From Podarcis filfolensis (Eukaryota), in the NCBI GenBank assembly GCA_964270895.1, contig OZ185435.1: a stretch of DNA of 64,000 nucleotides; one strand, written 5' to 3'. The translations under genes were made by a program, and so were the position numbers. A model generated the notes under the pieces. The model was not told where the DNA came from. It made no database searches and saw only the letters and a program-made list of their open reading frames with translations. Below are positions 11,751-24,738 of this stretch, in pieces; positions within the stretch are counted from its first letter, which is position 1; every line of letters starts with the position of its first letter.

Positions 11751-12188
11751 CTAAAAGGATAATCTGATTAAACACATGACTTTCAAACTACTTTATTGTG
11801 AGCACTAACAGTATATGCATTCTCTGAACACACAGTGTAAAGCTAGAAGTCCATAGCCAGTTAATCTTCCGGTTCCAGTTTAGAAACGCATTCTCTCTCA
11901 CAAGAAGACCAATGCAATACTCCATGTTCAAGAACACTTTTGGGGAAAAATATTTGATTTGATGGTACATGTATTCACCCCAAACACAATGGGAACAGCC
12001 ATCCTCCCAAGTCTTCCATATGTCAGTTAGATAGATCAGGGGGAGCCAAGGTGGTTACCTCCAGATGTTGTAGTTCTTATTAAACTGTGAATTATTCAGA
12101 CTTGAAAGAGGTGAACATAGATGAGCAATATTACTTTAGTCAGATCGACACAAACAATTCAAGGAACTGAAAACAAAACCTTGGATCC

Positions 12189-12189
12189 C

Positions 12190-12264
<75 letters not shown>
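12189..12264. repeat. Compound microsatellite (CT)11(CA)9(GA)18
   Basis: Counted directly from the sequence. Confidence 0.97.
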
Positions 12265-12267
<3 letters not shown>

Positions 12268-12315
12268 GCTGATAATACCAAGGTCGCATTCGATCCTCAT
12301 ATGGGACTGTGGCAT

Positions 12316-12384
12316 ATTCCTGTACCGCAGGGGGTTGGACTAGATGATCCTCAGGGTCCTTTCAACTCTACGATTCTATGATTC
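12316..12384 (+). mobile_element. CR1 3' tail stub
   Basis: attcctgtaccgcagggggttggactagatgatcc..ctacgattctatgatt. Confidence 0.8.
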
Positions 12385-12775
12385 CACTTCAGCTTGGACA
12401 GCAGGAGGCTTTTTTTAATAAAAGCAAAAAAAAAACCCCAAAATATAGTAATTGTAATAACTATTTTAAATATTTAATTTCTATAACTTGATCACTGTTG
12501 TCCATGTGCTAGTAACTTCCATATTACTAAAATGTGGTCTATGTGGGACTTCTCTTGACCTGTAAGCTGCAGCTAGTGCAACATGTAGTGTCTCAGCTGC
12601 TCACTAAGGCTGACTATTACAGTACCATCATATTATTCTGCTACTACATTGGCCTCCAAGTAGCTACTGTTCTAAGTACAAATTCCTCTTAAGCACTTCT
12701 CAAATTTACCATCTCAGTGTAGTTTTTCTGCCTGAAATATGCAGTACAAAAATATGAGATAATGATGATAAAGAC

Positions 12776-12850
12776 TCATCATCATCAACATACTTCTTAC
12801 CCATCCCTCACCACAAGGTCCCAGGGCAGGTCACAGCGATTTAAAAATAG
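12776..12850 (-). mobile_element. L2-type 3' tail stub
   Basis: cccatccctcaccacaaggtcccagggcaggtcacagc resembles the other L2 tails in this window. Confidence 0.45.
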
Positions 12851-15094
12851 AGTATTTATGTATGGCCTATGAACTATGTTATCAGTAGGTATTTCATGCT
12901 AGTGAGGAGGAAGAGGCAATGCCACCTTTATCAATTCTGTTTTGCACTTGGTTTCTGTGACTTTTGCTGCCAACCAATGGAGGATGGCATGGCAGCATGC
13001 ACTGCTGACCTTGCGTCCCAGCACCACATGCTGTTACTGGTTAGAGAAAAGGGCGGGAGGCAAGGCAGCAGATGCAGCAGAAGCATATCCCTTGATCCTG
13101 ACACTATGCTTATACTGTTTCGAGCTCCCTGCTGCCTTGCCCCTCTCCCTCTTGATAACTGGCAGTGGTGTGCAGTGTTAGGAAGTCAGATCAGCAACAC
13201 AATCCCACTCATGTCGCTATTGTAGCCAACTTAGCAAAACAAAAGTCTGAAGTTTTGTAAATTCTTCTTCATTCATCTCAGTTCCCTAGCCCCTGTATCC
13301 AAGTTTCTGAAATTTTACAGGTTACTTCCTTAGGAACATACTACAATGTATGCCATTATCATACTAAATTCCTAAGAAAAAAATCTAGCACAAACCTCCC
13401 TGAATCAATAACTCCCAAGCAATTCATAAATTAATATAAGCCAGTCTTCTGAAATTTGGCAGGTTTCTTACCTGGGGGCATCTCTATGATGTACACTATT
13501 TTAATATGAACTGGACACAAAACAACAGGGGATATTAAGTGCATAATTTTTTAACCACCCTAAACTGTAAGGGCCGTCTTTCCAGGAAATTCACTGCACC
13601 AATTATTCTGAAATTTGGCAGTATTCATCCCTCACAAGGGGTTTTTTAAACAAGGGGTTTCATTGTTTTTTTAAAAAAATTAGATTGAAGGGTGCCCAAC
13701 AGAAAGATTCCTGGGCTACTTACAAACAGCAAGGTAAACTATGCCTGCAAATATCCAATTGTGTCAAAAAGAGGGGTAAGTTATAAGCATTTTTATTTTC
13801 CTATAATAGTGAATGAGAGAAGGCATGGAGCTTCACTTTTTCCAACTTGAGATATGAACCCAGGCTGAATTAGGAAGTTTTCAAAATGCTTTATAACAAG
13901 TCAGGTAGTTTTTCAAAGAACCAAATCTGGGTCTGAACTGAATAGTGTATTCTGTGCTGAAAACTATAGGAAAAATTAAAGTGATGTAAACAGATAAAGA
14001 CATATTCCCCCTAAAATTAACTCTATTAAACATCAGAGAGCTCATGACACTGCCATCTGAAATATACTCTAAGACATCCAAACAATGAGATTTTTCTTCA
14101 AGTCTTTTATGTATGATGACAGCAAGCGCTCCAAAATGAAACAGGCGACAGTTCGTTCTTTGGTGGTCTCCATTTTTTAGCTGATTATTATTCCCAATAG
14201 CAACCAATCTACTTGGCTGAATTAAAGTGAGAGATGACATAGTGAAGCCCAGAAATGGGATAATATGTCAATTAGGAACATATTCAGAGATTAAAAGCAA
14301 AGAAAAAGCTGTGTGCTAACACCATGTGTGTCAAGAGTGATTTTTAATAATTTGCCATATCCTTTCTGTCATAAACTGTGTCTCATCTACATCAGTTGTA
14401 ACAGATGAAGATGGGAATGCTTTAAAATTAATCTCATACATATAGCTCAAAGTCACAGTTTCCTCAGCTAGTTTGTACTTTAATACTATCATGTGAATAA
14501 GCTTTTAGCAGTAGAGTTCATATTAAAGACACAGTCTTCACATGTCAAGCAAAGGAAAACAACATTTTTTAAAAATTAATGAGCTACTTATTAAATTATT
14601 CAAGACAACTAGGTCAAGCAGAAGCAAACACAAGGTTGGAATAATATCCTAATCTATTTTAAGTGCTTAAACTTTGTATACTATTAATGTAAAATGGATT
14701 GTATTTAAAGTAAATATATTGGAGGGGGGGAGAAGCATACTTTAGTACACTATGTGCAGGCTTGGCTGACAAATATTTCATCTTAATGCAGTAGAAGACA
14801 TGTTCTGGATCAGTCTGACCTTGAACAGAGAATAACCAAGCTAAAAAATGGTGTTCACACAACATGTTTGGCATATATGCTTTATATTATTTATATAAAC
14901 TATTAATGGAACACCAAAGCATTCAAACAAACAATGCAGATGAGTTTCTGAACTGCTTATAAGACAAATTAACAGTTTAAAAGACAGAAAGTGAGGTTCT
15001 CAAAGGTGCAGTACAAAGTAATATATGAGCGTAACATGAATCATGTGTCATAGCTATTCTTTAGTGGTAACTGATTTAATCCATTTAAACTGTT

Positions 15095-15225
15095 TAGGAA
15101 CTTGTGGCCTTCCAAATTTTGTTGTTCATACTACAGTTCTGCTCAGCCTAGCCAGCAAAGCAAACATTCAGGGATTATGAGAGCCATAGTCCGAGATCTG
15201 GAGGGTATCCTGTCACCTACACTTG
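15095..15225. mobile_element. Degenerate copy of the short palindromic hAT MITE family
   Basis: aacttgtggccttccaaat..ctacagttc..tctggagggt; same layout as 24603-24738. Confidence 0.5.
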
Positions 15226-15959
15226 GGTTAAACTCATTGCCGCTGAAAAAAATAAAATAATTTGCATTTGGCCAATAAATCATCCTCCGTATACTTTTGA
15301 GATCCCTTCCTAGCAGTTAAATGCTAATCATGATAAAATTATGACTCTCTACTGCCTGAGCAATGAGCATCACATAGGAGACATGTGGAAGCCAGACACT
15401 TTTAATCCAATTAATCTAGGATACATACAATCAGTAAACAAATGTGAATCACTTATGTCATAAAGTGAGCAAACCCAAAATAGAACTTTCCCACATGTTT
15501 AGAGCAGACACAGACACATGAAAATATTTTTAAAATACCTTGTTAATCCATTTTTTAAATCTCAATAAACGAACCTGAAGAGTTCCCACAACCACAAATG
15601 TACATTAAAACCGTCCGTCCTGCTTCAAACTATTTTTTTCTGAGAGACAAAAAACCCAACAAAAAACCCAGCAACTTCTACTTTGAATCCAAAAAAGTTG
15701 GTTTACTCCATTTGTTATGGGTGTTTTGTTTGGAGCTCAAACACTTCAGCTCAAATTCCTACTTGGTTGGCCAAGTTGGATGGTCTGGTTGACCTTAAAC
15801 AAATTGAAATTTCTCTGAGATTATGCTTCATTTTAATGTTCTCTTTAGATTATGGTATGTGGGTAAGTACACGTGTAGGTTCTGCCTCTCTCCTGCAGGC
15901 AACAACAATTCCTGAAATTCCCAAACTGAAACCAAGCCCAATGTCATGTAAAAGTGAAT

Positions 15960-16018
15960 TTGTTGTTGTTTAGTCGTTTAGTCGTGTCCGACTCTTCGTG
16001 ACCCCATGGACCAGAGCT
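15960..16018 (-). mobile_element. Bov-B 3' stub
   Basis: Reverse complement of ctctggtccatggggtcacgaagagtcggacacgactaaacgactaaacaacaac. 7-bp TSD AGTGAAT at 15953-15959 and 16019-16025. Confidence 0.9.
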
Positions 16019-16109
16019 AGTGAATAGAATGGTATAAAGCCCTTACTTGGAAATGCCATTTCTCTAGGATGCGGGGAGACTAATTTGTCACTGAGAATTA
16101 AAGTATATG

Positions 16110-16571
16110 TGTCAAGGAACTGCCATCAGCTTAGAGGCGAGAGGTGGGAGGTGGGAGGGCAGTTGGGTTACAGGTAACCTCCGAAGAGAAGATCGTGCGA
16201 AGCAGCTCTTTCTCTGGTGAGGAGGGAAGCCCTGCCTCCAGTGGGGAAGGGATGCAGGGATCGGAAGATGCTAGAGAGAGCCGCAACACCAAGCTTGAGC
16301 AAAGCAGGGGGGAGGCAAGTCCCCCTTTGCCAGCGCCCTCTCTGCGCAGTCGGTTTACGTGCAGAGAGGGGAGGAGAAGGATGGAGGTCAAAAGACTGTT
16401 ATGCTGGGGAAAGTTTAAGGACCGCCCACTCCCAGATTCTGCTAGCGATTGATCGGACATGGACTTGAGACGCTCTGCACTGTAAATGTTTTTGTACAGA
16501 TAATAAAGCCTGGAAAAGACCGGTGAGATTCTTGCCTGTTCACTCTTGAGCAACCACACAGGCACATAACA
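16110..16571 (+). mobile_element. Solo LTR, 462 bp (Gypsy-like)
   Basis: TG..CA termini, 5-bp TSD ATATG (16105-16109, 16572-16576), AATAAA at 16502-16507. The empty site is seen in duplicate copy B. Confidence 0.9.
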
Positions 16572-18295
16572 ATATGGAAATGTAAAGCAGTTTACTGAAA
16601 CACCGTTTACAAAGACAGAACAAAATAAATTAGAGAGAGAAAAGAATCAGACTGCTTTAATATGACCCTGTTGGCAAGCGTAGCGGCCAGTTTGAAATTT
16701 TGTAAAAGTTGTATGGCTACATTATTACAAGCTGCATTATAAAAGCAGATATATAATGAGATATAATGTGAAAAAAATTGTCTGTAGTGTCAAAAATCTG
16801 TTATTTTTATAAAGGCTATTCAAAAGGTTTATGAAAATCTGAAATCTAATCAGGATATTAATCTACACCAAGACTACAGGCAGTGCATGTAACTAAAGGG
16901 TATGCTATATTTACAGAAGGCCATCTTAACAGGAATTTGGAGAGTAGGGTTTTATCAAGGGTAAAGCTAAAAAATGTCTAAGAAAACCTGTGAAATGGTT
17001 TTTGGTTACTTTTTACCAACATTGCTGTGAACCTCTATGTCCATGTTTGCTATTCCTGACACACCTGCCCACTATTGCAACAACATAGCTGGAAGAATCA
17101 GACATATTCTATGCACCTATGATTAAAAAATGCAGGAGCATTTAAGAAGCCTAAAATAGATACGGCAATGCCTTTAACATTAACAACTCCTCAGGGCCAC
17201 CGACAAACAGTTATAAACCCTTAGCCTCTTTGTTATGCTCCGAATAAATTCATGCACTTCTTCCAGACCACAGAAACTCTAGAACAATTTTAAAATATTA
17301 GTTCTGGAATCTGAATAAAAGAACTTCTAACCACACTCATGAAGAACAAACAAAAGCAGACAATTTAAGATTTAACTGTGTATACAGCATTTTCATTTGA
17401 ATTGCTTTTAAAAGCATTGCACGTGATGCATCAATGGATTTGCATTTTATATCAGCCGCTAAATTCTTCTAGGTGTCTTTTACTACAGAAAGCAGCCAAA
17501 CCTTCCAATGAAGTGTATTATACAGACCAAAATATGTGGGAATAACACCTTATATGTTTTGCCTTCTACTGCCAGAACTTAGTAGCCTCAGTTTTAATAT
17601 AAAACTTTGCTACTTCACATCTCTTACATTAGAAGGCTTGGTCACATTGGGCTGTTTTCAATATTTTCACACTATGAATGGAAGGAGGTTTAATTTCATT
17701 CTTCATGGAGAAAGAATTCTGTTAACAGAAGGAGGTTCCAGCCTCAGTAACAGTAGCAGAAAGCTGTGGCAGCACACTAACAGCAAAGCATACTACAGAA
17801 GTAGTCAACTTTTAAATCCTGTATGTATTTTGATATTTGCTACCTACAAGGGAAGAGCATGCATACATGGCCTTTGTTTTCTGTGAGCTCCTGCTTGCCT
17901 TCGTCTGGTGACTACTGATCTAATTTTGAGACCTTAGATGCATGTACTCTGTTCTTGGTGTTATAAAAAGATAATATTGAAATTCTATTCATAGTTACAC
18001 CGATGTAAGTCTCACTGAGTTCAATGGGGCTCACTTTATGAATATGATTCCTATTCAGATTCAAACATGCTTAGCTTCGGGGAGGTGGTGGCCTCTTGTG
18101 CCTTCAGACCATGCTCTGGGAGCTTCTGGGTAGTTAAGTACAATATTGGTCTCCAAACCATTTATACTTTTGAGTGTATAATCCTGTGTATGCTTACCTG
18201 GGATTATGAAAATACCACTAAATAAGAGTTGGCCAACTTTCTGTGAACATGCAAAGGATTGTTCTGTAAATCTCACTGCAATCTATCAGAGTTTG

Positions 18296-18632
18296 TGCTT
18301 CATTTTAATGTTCTCTTTAGATTATGTGGTTAAGTACATATGTAGGCTTTGCCTCTCCCCTGCAGGCAACAATTCCTGAAATTCCCAAACTGAAATGAAG
18401 CCCAATGTCATGTAATGGTGAATAGCATGGTACAAAGCCCTTCCTTGGAACTGCCATTTCTTGGGGCGGGGGCGGGGGGACTAATTTGTCACTGAGAATT
18501 AAAGTATATGGAAATTTAAACCAGAAACACAGTTTACAAAGACATAACAAAATAATTAGAGAGAGAAAAAGAAAGAATCAGACTGCTTTAAGATGACATT
18601 ATCTAATATGAGATTATTACAAACTGCATTAT
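18296..18632 (+). repeat. Local duplication, copy B (empty-site version)
   Basis: Contains aaagtATATGgaaat uninterrupted and lacks the Bov-B stub. Confidence 0.9.
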
Positions 18633-18639
18633 GGATCAA

Positions 18640-18850
18640 AACATAGCTATCTGAAGCATCAGCTTCACTCAGATCACCCTGCCTGCACACCAAGATCAAC
18701 CACGTAGAGGCCTTCCTCGTATGCTTATCTTTGAGCACTGGGCCTTTTAAGCTGTGCTTCCACATCTCAGGAATGCAGAGCTGGTTCATCAAGCATCATC
18801 CCTACACACTTGCAAGAAGTTTTTTAAAAACACATCTGTGTTTTTTTTAA
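18640..18850 (+). mobile_element. Old L2 3' region fragment
   Basis: Weak match to the L2 C-terminal pattern (..accaagatcaaccacgtagaggccttcctc..ttttttaaaaacacatctg). Confidence 0.35.
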
Positions 18851-20224
18851 AAAAACAATACTTGACTGTTGCTTGAAATCAGGCTTTGTTCTGTGGGGTT
18901 GCCAATGTACTTTGTCATTACTTAGTTTTGGGTTAGCTGGACATTTTCCTTTTAATTTAGTTAGCTTTAATTAAGTGTACTTAATGTGGGTGTGTTATAT
19001 TTTGATTCATACACCATCTTTGGAAGACACTGGCCTGTAAATGTTGCATTAAAATATTTCATGTAAAATAACCGTGTTTATTTTTTGGGATTTTGCATTT
19101 TTCCAATTTCAGTGATGCAGTTCTTGGTTCAACATCCATAAAAATGTATCTGAAATTACTTATTTTGAGAGAAAATGCGTTTAAAAATACATATTTTGTA
19201 CAAAATGTATAGATAAATGTGAACTTGCATAATTTTTTTTTAATTCACAGATTCCTGCAGAAACAGGACTTAGGGATGAACAGAGTTGAAAATAACTCAG
19301 ACCAAACATACACTTATCTCTATTAAAACATTACTCCAAACCATTTAATAATTTTTGCTAACAAAACTAGCAACAACAATTAACTTGTTGAAGCTCACTA
19401 TCATGTTCAATACTGGAAGGACCTTAGCCTTAGCCAAAGAGCAAGTTGGAAAGAAGCAGTTTCAAACATTTTATAATAAATTTCACAATTAAGTGTTGCG
19501 ATATCTTGGTCCCTAGATTCTCTCTACAAAGGATTCCAAATAATGTGTCATAGAGAAATCATTTAAAATTTCCAATTTGGGTAAATTACTTCAGCAAGCA
19601 TTTTAAACTGTCCAGAAATTAGTAATACACATGTTTTAAAGGGGAACTGCCAAGAAGGTTACACCCAAAATCTAACCTAACTTTTCTATTTTTAGGAATG
19701 TATTCACAGATCTAAGCATGGGGTGGGAGTTAAGCATTTTAAATCTAAATGATTACACAAACATGCAAACAGTAAGAAAGCACATGTTCTAATTATGGAA
19801 ATATGTGTACATGAATAACACGCAAACCCTTACAATTGATATTTCTATATCAATGGCAGTATATTAGCATTGACCATCATCCCATAATGGTTTGTACTAT
19901 ATTGCTTTGTACTGCATTGTGTTAATGCTATATAATACATGTATAAAAATAAAATTGTTATGTTTTAATCTATTCCAATACACAGACATCCAGCAGAGGG
20001 AGTAATGTGTTTTTAAAATCATTCTGAAATGTAGAACTAAGAACCTGTGTTAAACCACAAATAAGAGAGCAAATAAAAATACCATGTTGAACTGCTTTCT
20101 ATAAATATACAAATTACATTGAACAGAAACTAATTTTGGGGGGGGCGAGGGGGAAGAAGTAACAAAGAGGTTTCAAATAAGCATCCCTTTAAATCCTACT
20201 ACTAAGACTCAAGGGAAAGACATT

Positions 20225-20400
20225 GAACATAGAATTATAGCTTTGGAAGGGACCCAAGGTCGTCTAGTCCAACCCCCTGCAATGCAAGAATCTTAGCTAA
20301 AGCATCCATGACAGATGGCCATCCAACTTCTTCTTAAAAGCCTCCATGGACTCCTTCCACAATCTCCAGAGAGAAACCATTCAACTGGTTAATGAGCCAA
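20225..20400 (-). mobile_element. CR1 3' end
   Basis: catagaattatagctttggaagggacccaagg..tctagtccaaccccctgcaatgc is the reverse complement of the CR1 tail. Confidence 0.85.
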
Positions 20401-20589
20401 ATGTAAATTGGAAGACAGTTAAGTACACCAAAATTATTGAATAATATTTGAGTTTGCATAAACATTTGTTTTAATTCAGATCCCCAGTTATTATGGGCCA
20501 GGCAACTGAAGCTGTAGATGAAATGTGCATGAGTGAGGTACATTAAGAGCTGGGTATGTGACTGAAGAACTTGTAGAAATGAGTTCCTA

Positions 20590-20772
<183 letters not shown>

Positions 20773-22436
20773 CTATGATCAAAGAAAGCACAAGTATAGT
20801 TTTAACCCACAGGCCAACTACATTGATTAAACATAATAATTTATAATGTGTAAAACTATGATAAATACAAATACTTATAATGGACAGTGTTTTTTATTTT
20901 ATTTTATTGCAGATCTACTTGACAGTTCACAAACTCGGAACACTTGGAAACATTTCTAGTATGGCATATTTTGTTCTTACAATATTGACAGCTGCAGAAA
21001 TAACTCATCTAAATTATACACACAAACACTTCCAAAACTGTGGCATTTTTTTTTATTCCCAGAATTTTCAATTGTAGTGTTGCTCTTCAGAAATCAATGG
21101 CTCACCAATAGAAAGAGTGGTGCTTTTTGGCTACTCCATTATTATTTGCCTAGAACTACACACACACATCTTGAGTTCCTCAGGGCCTGCTCTCCAGAAT
21201 CCAAACCTGGTGCCAGACTTTTGCAGTAACTCTGGGCTAAAGAAAACAAAAACTATTGTACTGTACCTTACTTTGCAACATCTAAATTAAAGTTTCTGTA
21301 TTCAAGACTACAACGTATCAGGCTGCAAAATAGAATAAATCACAGAACACAAGTAGCAGAAATGCTGCTAATTAATGGAAACTGGAATTCAGTGCTATTT
21401 TTGTACTAATCAGATTCCAATCAGTATTTTAATAATGAGGCTAATTTCATCTAACGAAACATATATAAATAGCTTATTTTGTACAGAAGCCCATTAACAT
21501 ATCCAAACAGCTTTCTAACACTATTTTCCATTCTATTACATATTTGACTCAAAATCAGAGATTATTCAGCACAAGGATCTGTGCAGACTAATCCAGATAA
21601 CATGACACTTGCATAACAAGATCTAATTTGGTTTCTCACAACAGGTCCCAAGAAGTGGTGGTACAGTGTATTTGTAACATTTAATTTGTTAAGCCAGTAG
21701 GTATTTTAATCACTGCTTTATGAGATTTCTGTCTTTACAAAAAAAGAAGTCAAACCTTATTTCCTCCATAAACCTTTAGGAGACTCCCTTGTTCAATGAA
21801 CTTCAAGTATCTCTCTGGATTATTTCATAATCCATATTTCAAAAAACAAAACTAAAATAATACAGAATTAAAACACTGATAAACAATCTGCTTTGTCTAG
21901 GTAAAAGAATGAATTTCTCAGTGAATGTGGAAGGCTACTGAAAAAGGTATTTAAATATTAAAGGAGGATCTTTTTATCATCTGTTGGGAATATGCAACAC
22001 GATATGTTTCAATAACTGACCTTACTCAAGGCACTCAATTGTGTATTAACTGAACAGATAAGAGCTGGCCGCAATTCCTAAAATGAGTGCATATTTATCT
22101 ATATTTTGTAAAGACAAGCATGAATGTTTCTGTTCCTCTAGTGAAGCTATCTCAAGAGACCCATGCGACTAATTTAAAATGAGGTATACATTCTTTAATA
22201 AATTCTATGTCATAAGTTTTCCTGAGGCGGTGATGTCACTCACTGTCATGACTCAGCTTACTGTATAATAAAAATGTAAGATTTGTAGTGCTGTATCAGA
22301 ATCCTGAATGTGCCTGAAGTCAGGGTGGGGTTGTTGAGCATAAGAGAAGGCAAGTTGCACAAAAGTAGTGGCTGTGGCATGGAGCTAGAACGGAAGGACA
22401 CTGAGTGTAGAAAGTAGTGGGAGAGTTCTCAATAGA

Positions 22437-22960
22437 TGTCAGGAGCTCAGGAAAGGAATGTCGAGAGTGAAGAATTGACTCTTTGTTATCAAAGGTTAGG
22501 GAAAGGTATGTCCATCAGTCCTACATCTCTCAGCTACTCCTAGGTGCGCACCCAATGAGGCAGTTGCAGCAACAGAGAGGTCCAGCTCCCCAACTTGGTT
22601 CATGTATCGCCCTCCACCCGAGCTGTAAACAAGCAGGCAAAGACTCTGCCTGTGTGTAACGAGTTTCTGCTCCTCCCACTTCAACCCTATTCTGGTTGTT
22701 GCTTTTTTTGAGACAATGGAACAGGAGAGATGGGGACAGGAGGAGGAGGTAGGGAAGCCCTTGATTCTCCACCAGCCTGACCTCTCTCTCCTCCTCCTGA
22801 ACCTGTTCTTCACTCTCCAGTCCTGCAGCTTCTCCTGACTCGTCTCCTGGCTGTTACAGGCACCCCCAGATCAACGATCACTTCTTCCAACCCACCGTCT
22901 CCCAATGGCCACTCACCAGTATCCAGCCACCACAACTCAGTGCCCAGCCTGTCCCTGACA
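22437..22960 (-). mobile_element. Solo LTR, 524 bp (Gypsy-like)
   Basis: Terminal inverted TGTCAGG..CCTGACA and 5-bp TSD ATAGA (22432-22436, 22961-22965). Orientation inferred from purine skew relative to the 16110 LTR. Confidence 0.85.
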
Positions 22961-24602
22961 ATAGACTAGGAACAAGGGTTGCTTTTAAAAAGGTACAGCA
23001 GAGTAATCTTAGAATGGGGTTGTCCATGGTAAATAAATGTTTCAGCTAAGGATGGATTTTAATTTAAAGTTGTCAATTTAACTAACAAAGCTTGCGAACC
23101 AGCCAATCCTAGTGACCAAATCTCCAAATTAGTACATCAAGCATCAATGTATTCCTGGCGGCTGCCCTACAGTCATGGATATTCTTTCTTCTGGAGATTT
23201 GCCAAAAGTGCATACCCAGGAGCCATCTGGAGATATTGTAAGACCTTTGAATTTAAAATGGCTTTTGGTGGTTAGCTAAAAACAAATTTAGGATTGATAC
23301 TTGTGCTTTATATATGGTTGTCAGTTTCACATATATAATAATAATATATTTTATTCTACAGTGTTACCTACTTTAAGCATTTAGATTAAAGTATGCTAAA
23401 GCAGAAATTCTGTATATAAATTTAGCACACTGCAGGGCTGAGCAAGATTGTGACTGAAGTTTTATAATGTATGGCAGCAAAAGGAATTATTCTTTGAATA
23501 TAGTTAATGTTTTCGAAGTGCCTTCAGGAACCATCATAAAATGACATTAAGGTCATACATGGAAGCCATGTTGTGAGAACAGTTAATACTTGTGAAATGA
23601 TATACCAGCTTGGATATACTTAACAATCCAGAACTTTCTGCTCATGCATTAATCAGCTCTTTCAAAATGTTCAGTATGGTTTGATCAAACACAATGGCTA
23701 TGACAGATTTTTTGTTTCATACATATCAAAAACTATCCTGTTGTGTATATAAAAGCACAGCTTTCTGTTTCCACAATTTATTTTAAAAAGCCAGCAGTTG
23801 CCAGATTGTTGACAATGAAATATTATTTAAGTTATTATATAACATGTTATGGTATACTTGTACATGCAGCATATTAGTAATGTAGTTATATTCCGCCTAA
23901 TGCATTACAGAGTTATAAGTTCCAGTAAAGAAGATAGATGACATATATTTCCCTATGGGTCAATTTGATTTATCCCTAAAAGTTATAAACTATTCCCTGA
24001 AGCATAAAAATATTCTGTTTCAGATATCATCTGAGACAGAGGAAAGGGAAGGGAATAAAGTTACATTGTGTTGATGCCAGACTGATACTGAAAGTTTTCT
24101 TATCAATTATATCAAAACAATTTGTATTTGAGACTGCCAAGAAAAAAATACCAATACTGAAATAATCTATCGTCATACTGAAGATGTAAAGAATGCCTGC
24201 AGTATGGTGTATATATATAGAATTACAAACAATACAGACAGACTAGCTTTATCTGAAGCCAAAATCCAGATAGACAAATTAAGAATACAGTACAGTTGGA
24301 ATTTGGGAAGGGATCTGCATGAGGAGAATGCTATTGTGTTGCTTTTTCACAGTAAAATATGTGCCCAAAGTGGCTCACAATAAACAAAGTATGTAATATA
24401 TCAAAAACAAATTGCTGCAAAAATAATCTTCATTAGTCATTCTGATCCAAAAGGCCACAGTTATAGGATTAAATACAGTTCAAAGTGGATGAGTCTTCTT
24501 ACCAGGCTCAATGGCTCATAGCACTTGCAGTAAGCCAAAGGGTTTGCAGAAAAAATGGGTTTTGGGGAAATATCTGAATGAACTGTAGTAGACTAGCTAG
24601 CC

Positions 24603-24738
24603 CAGGCTTCCTCAACCTCGGCCTTCCAGATGTTTTGAGACTACAGTTCCCAGCATCCCTGACCACTAGTCCTGCTAGCTAGGGATCATGGGAGTTGTAG
24701 GCCAAAAACAGCTGGAGGGCCGAGGTTGAGGAAGCCTG
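24603..24738. mobile_element. hAT MITE, 136 bp
   Basis: Perfect 21-bp TIR CAGGCTTCCTCAACCTCGGCC and 8-bp TSD AGCTAGCC on both sides. Confidence 0.93.

Larger units (their letters stand above)
15824..16740 (+). repeat. Local duplication, copy A (carries a Bov-B stub and a solo LTR)
   Basis: Colinear with 18296-18632 once the two insertions are removed. Confidence 0.9.

Noticed and set aside
11790-11990. Possible intronic H/ACA snoRNA
   Set aside because: An ACA triplet is present, but I could not build the two-hairpin structure with an H box.
13881-14240. 119-aa minus-strand ORF in intron 3
   Set aside because: No recognisable homology and no convincing splice sites; an ORF of this length is expected by chance in 64 kb.
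16131-16565. Overlapping 144, 102 and 83-aa ORFs
   Set aside because: All fall within the GC-rich solo LTR and are by-products of its composition.
24503-24523. In-frame 21-nt micro-exon candidate (CYEPLSL)
   Set aside because: AAG acceptor with a poor tract, and it would interrupt the tightly conserved GIEL|FCQP junction; illustrates the chance rate of such candidates.
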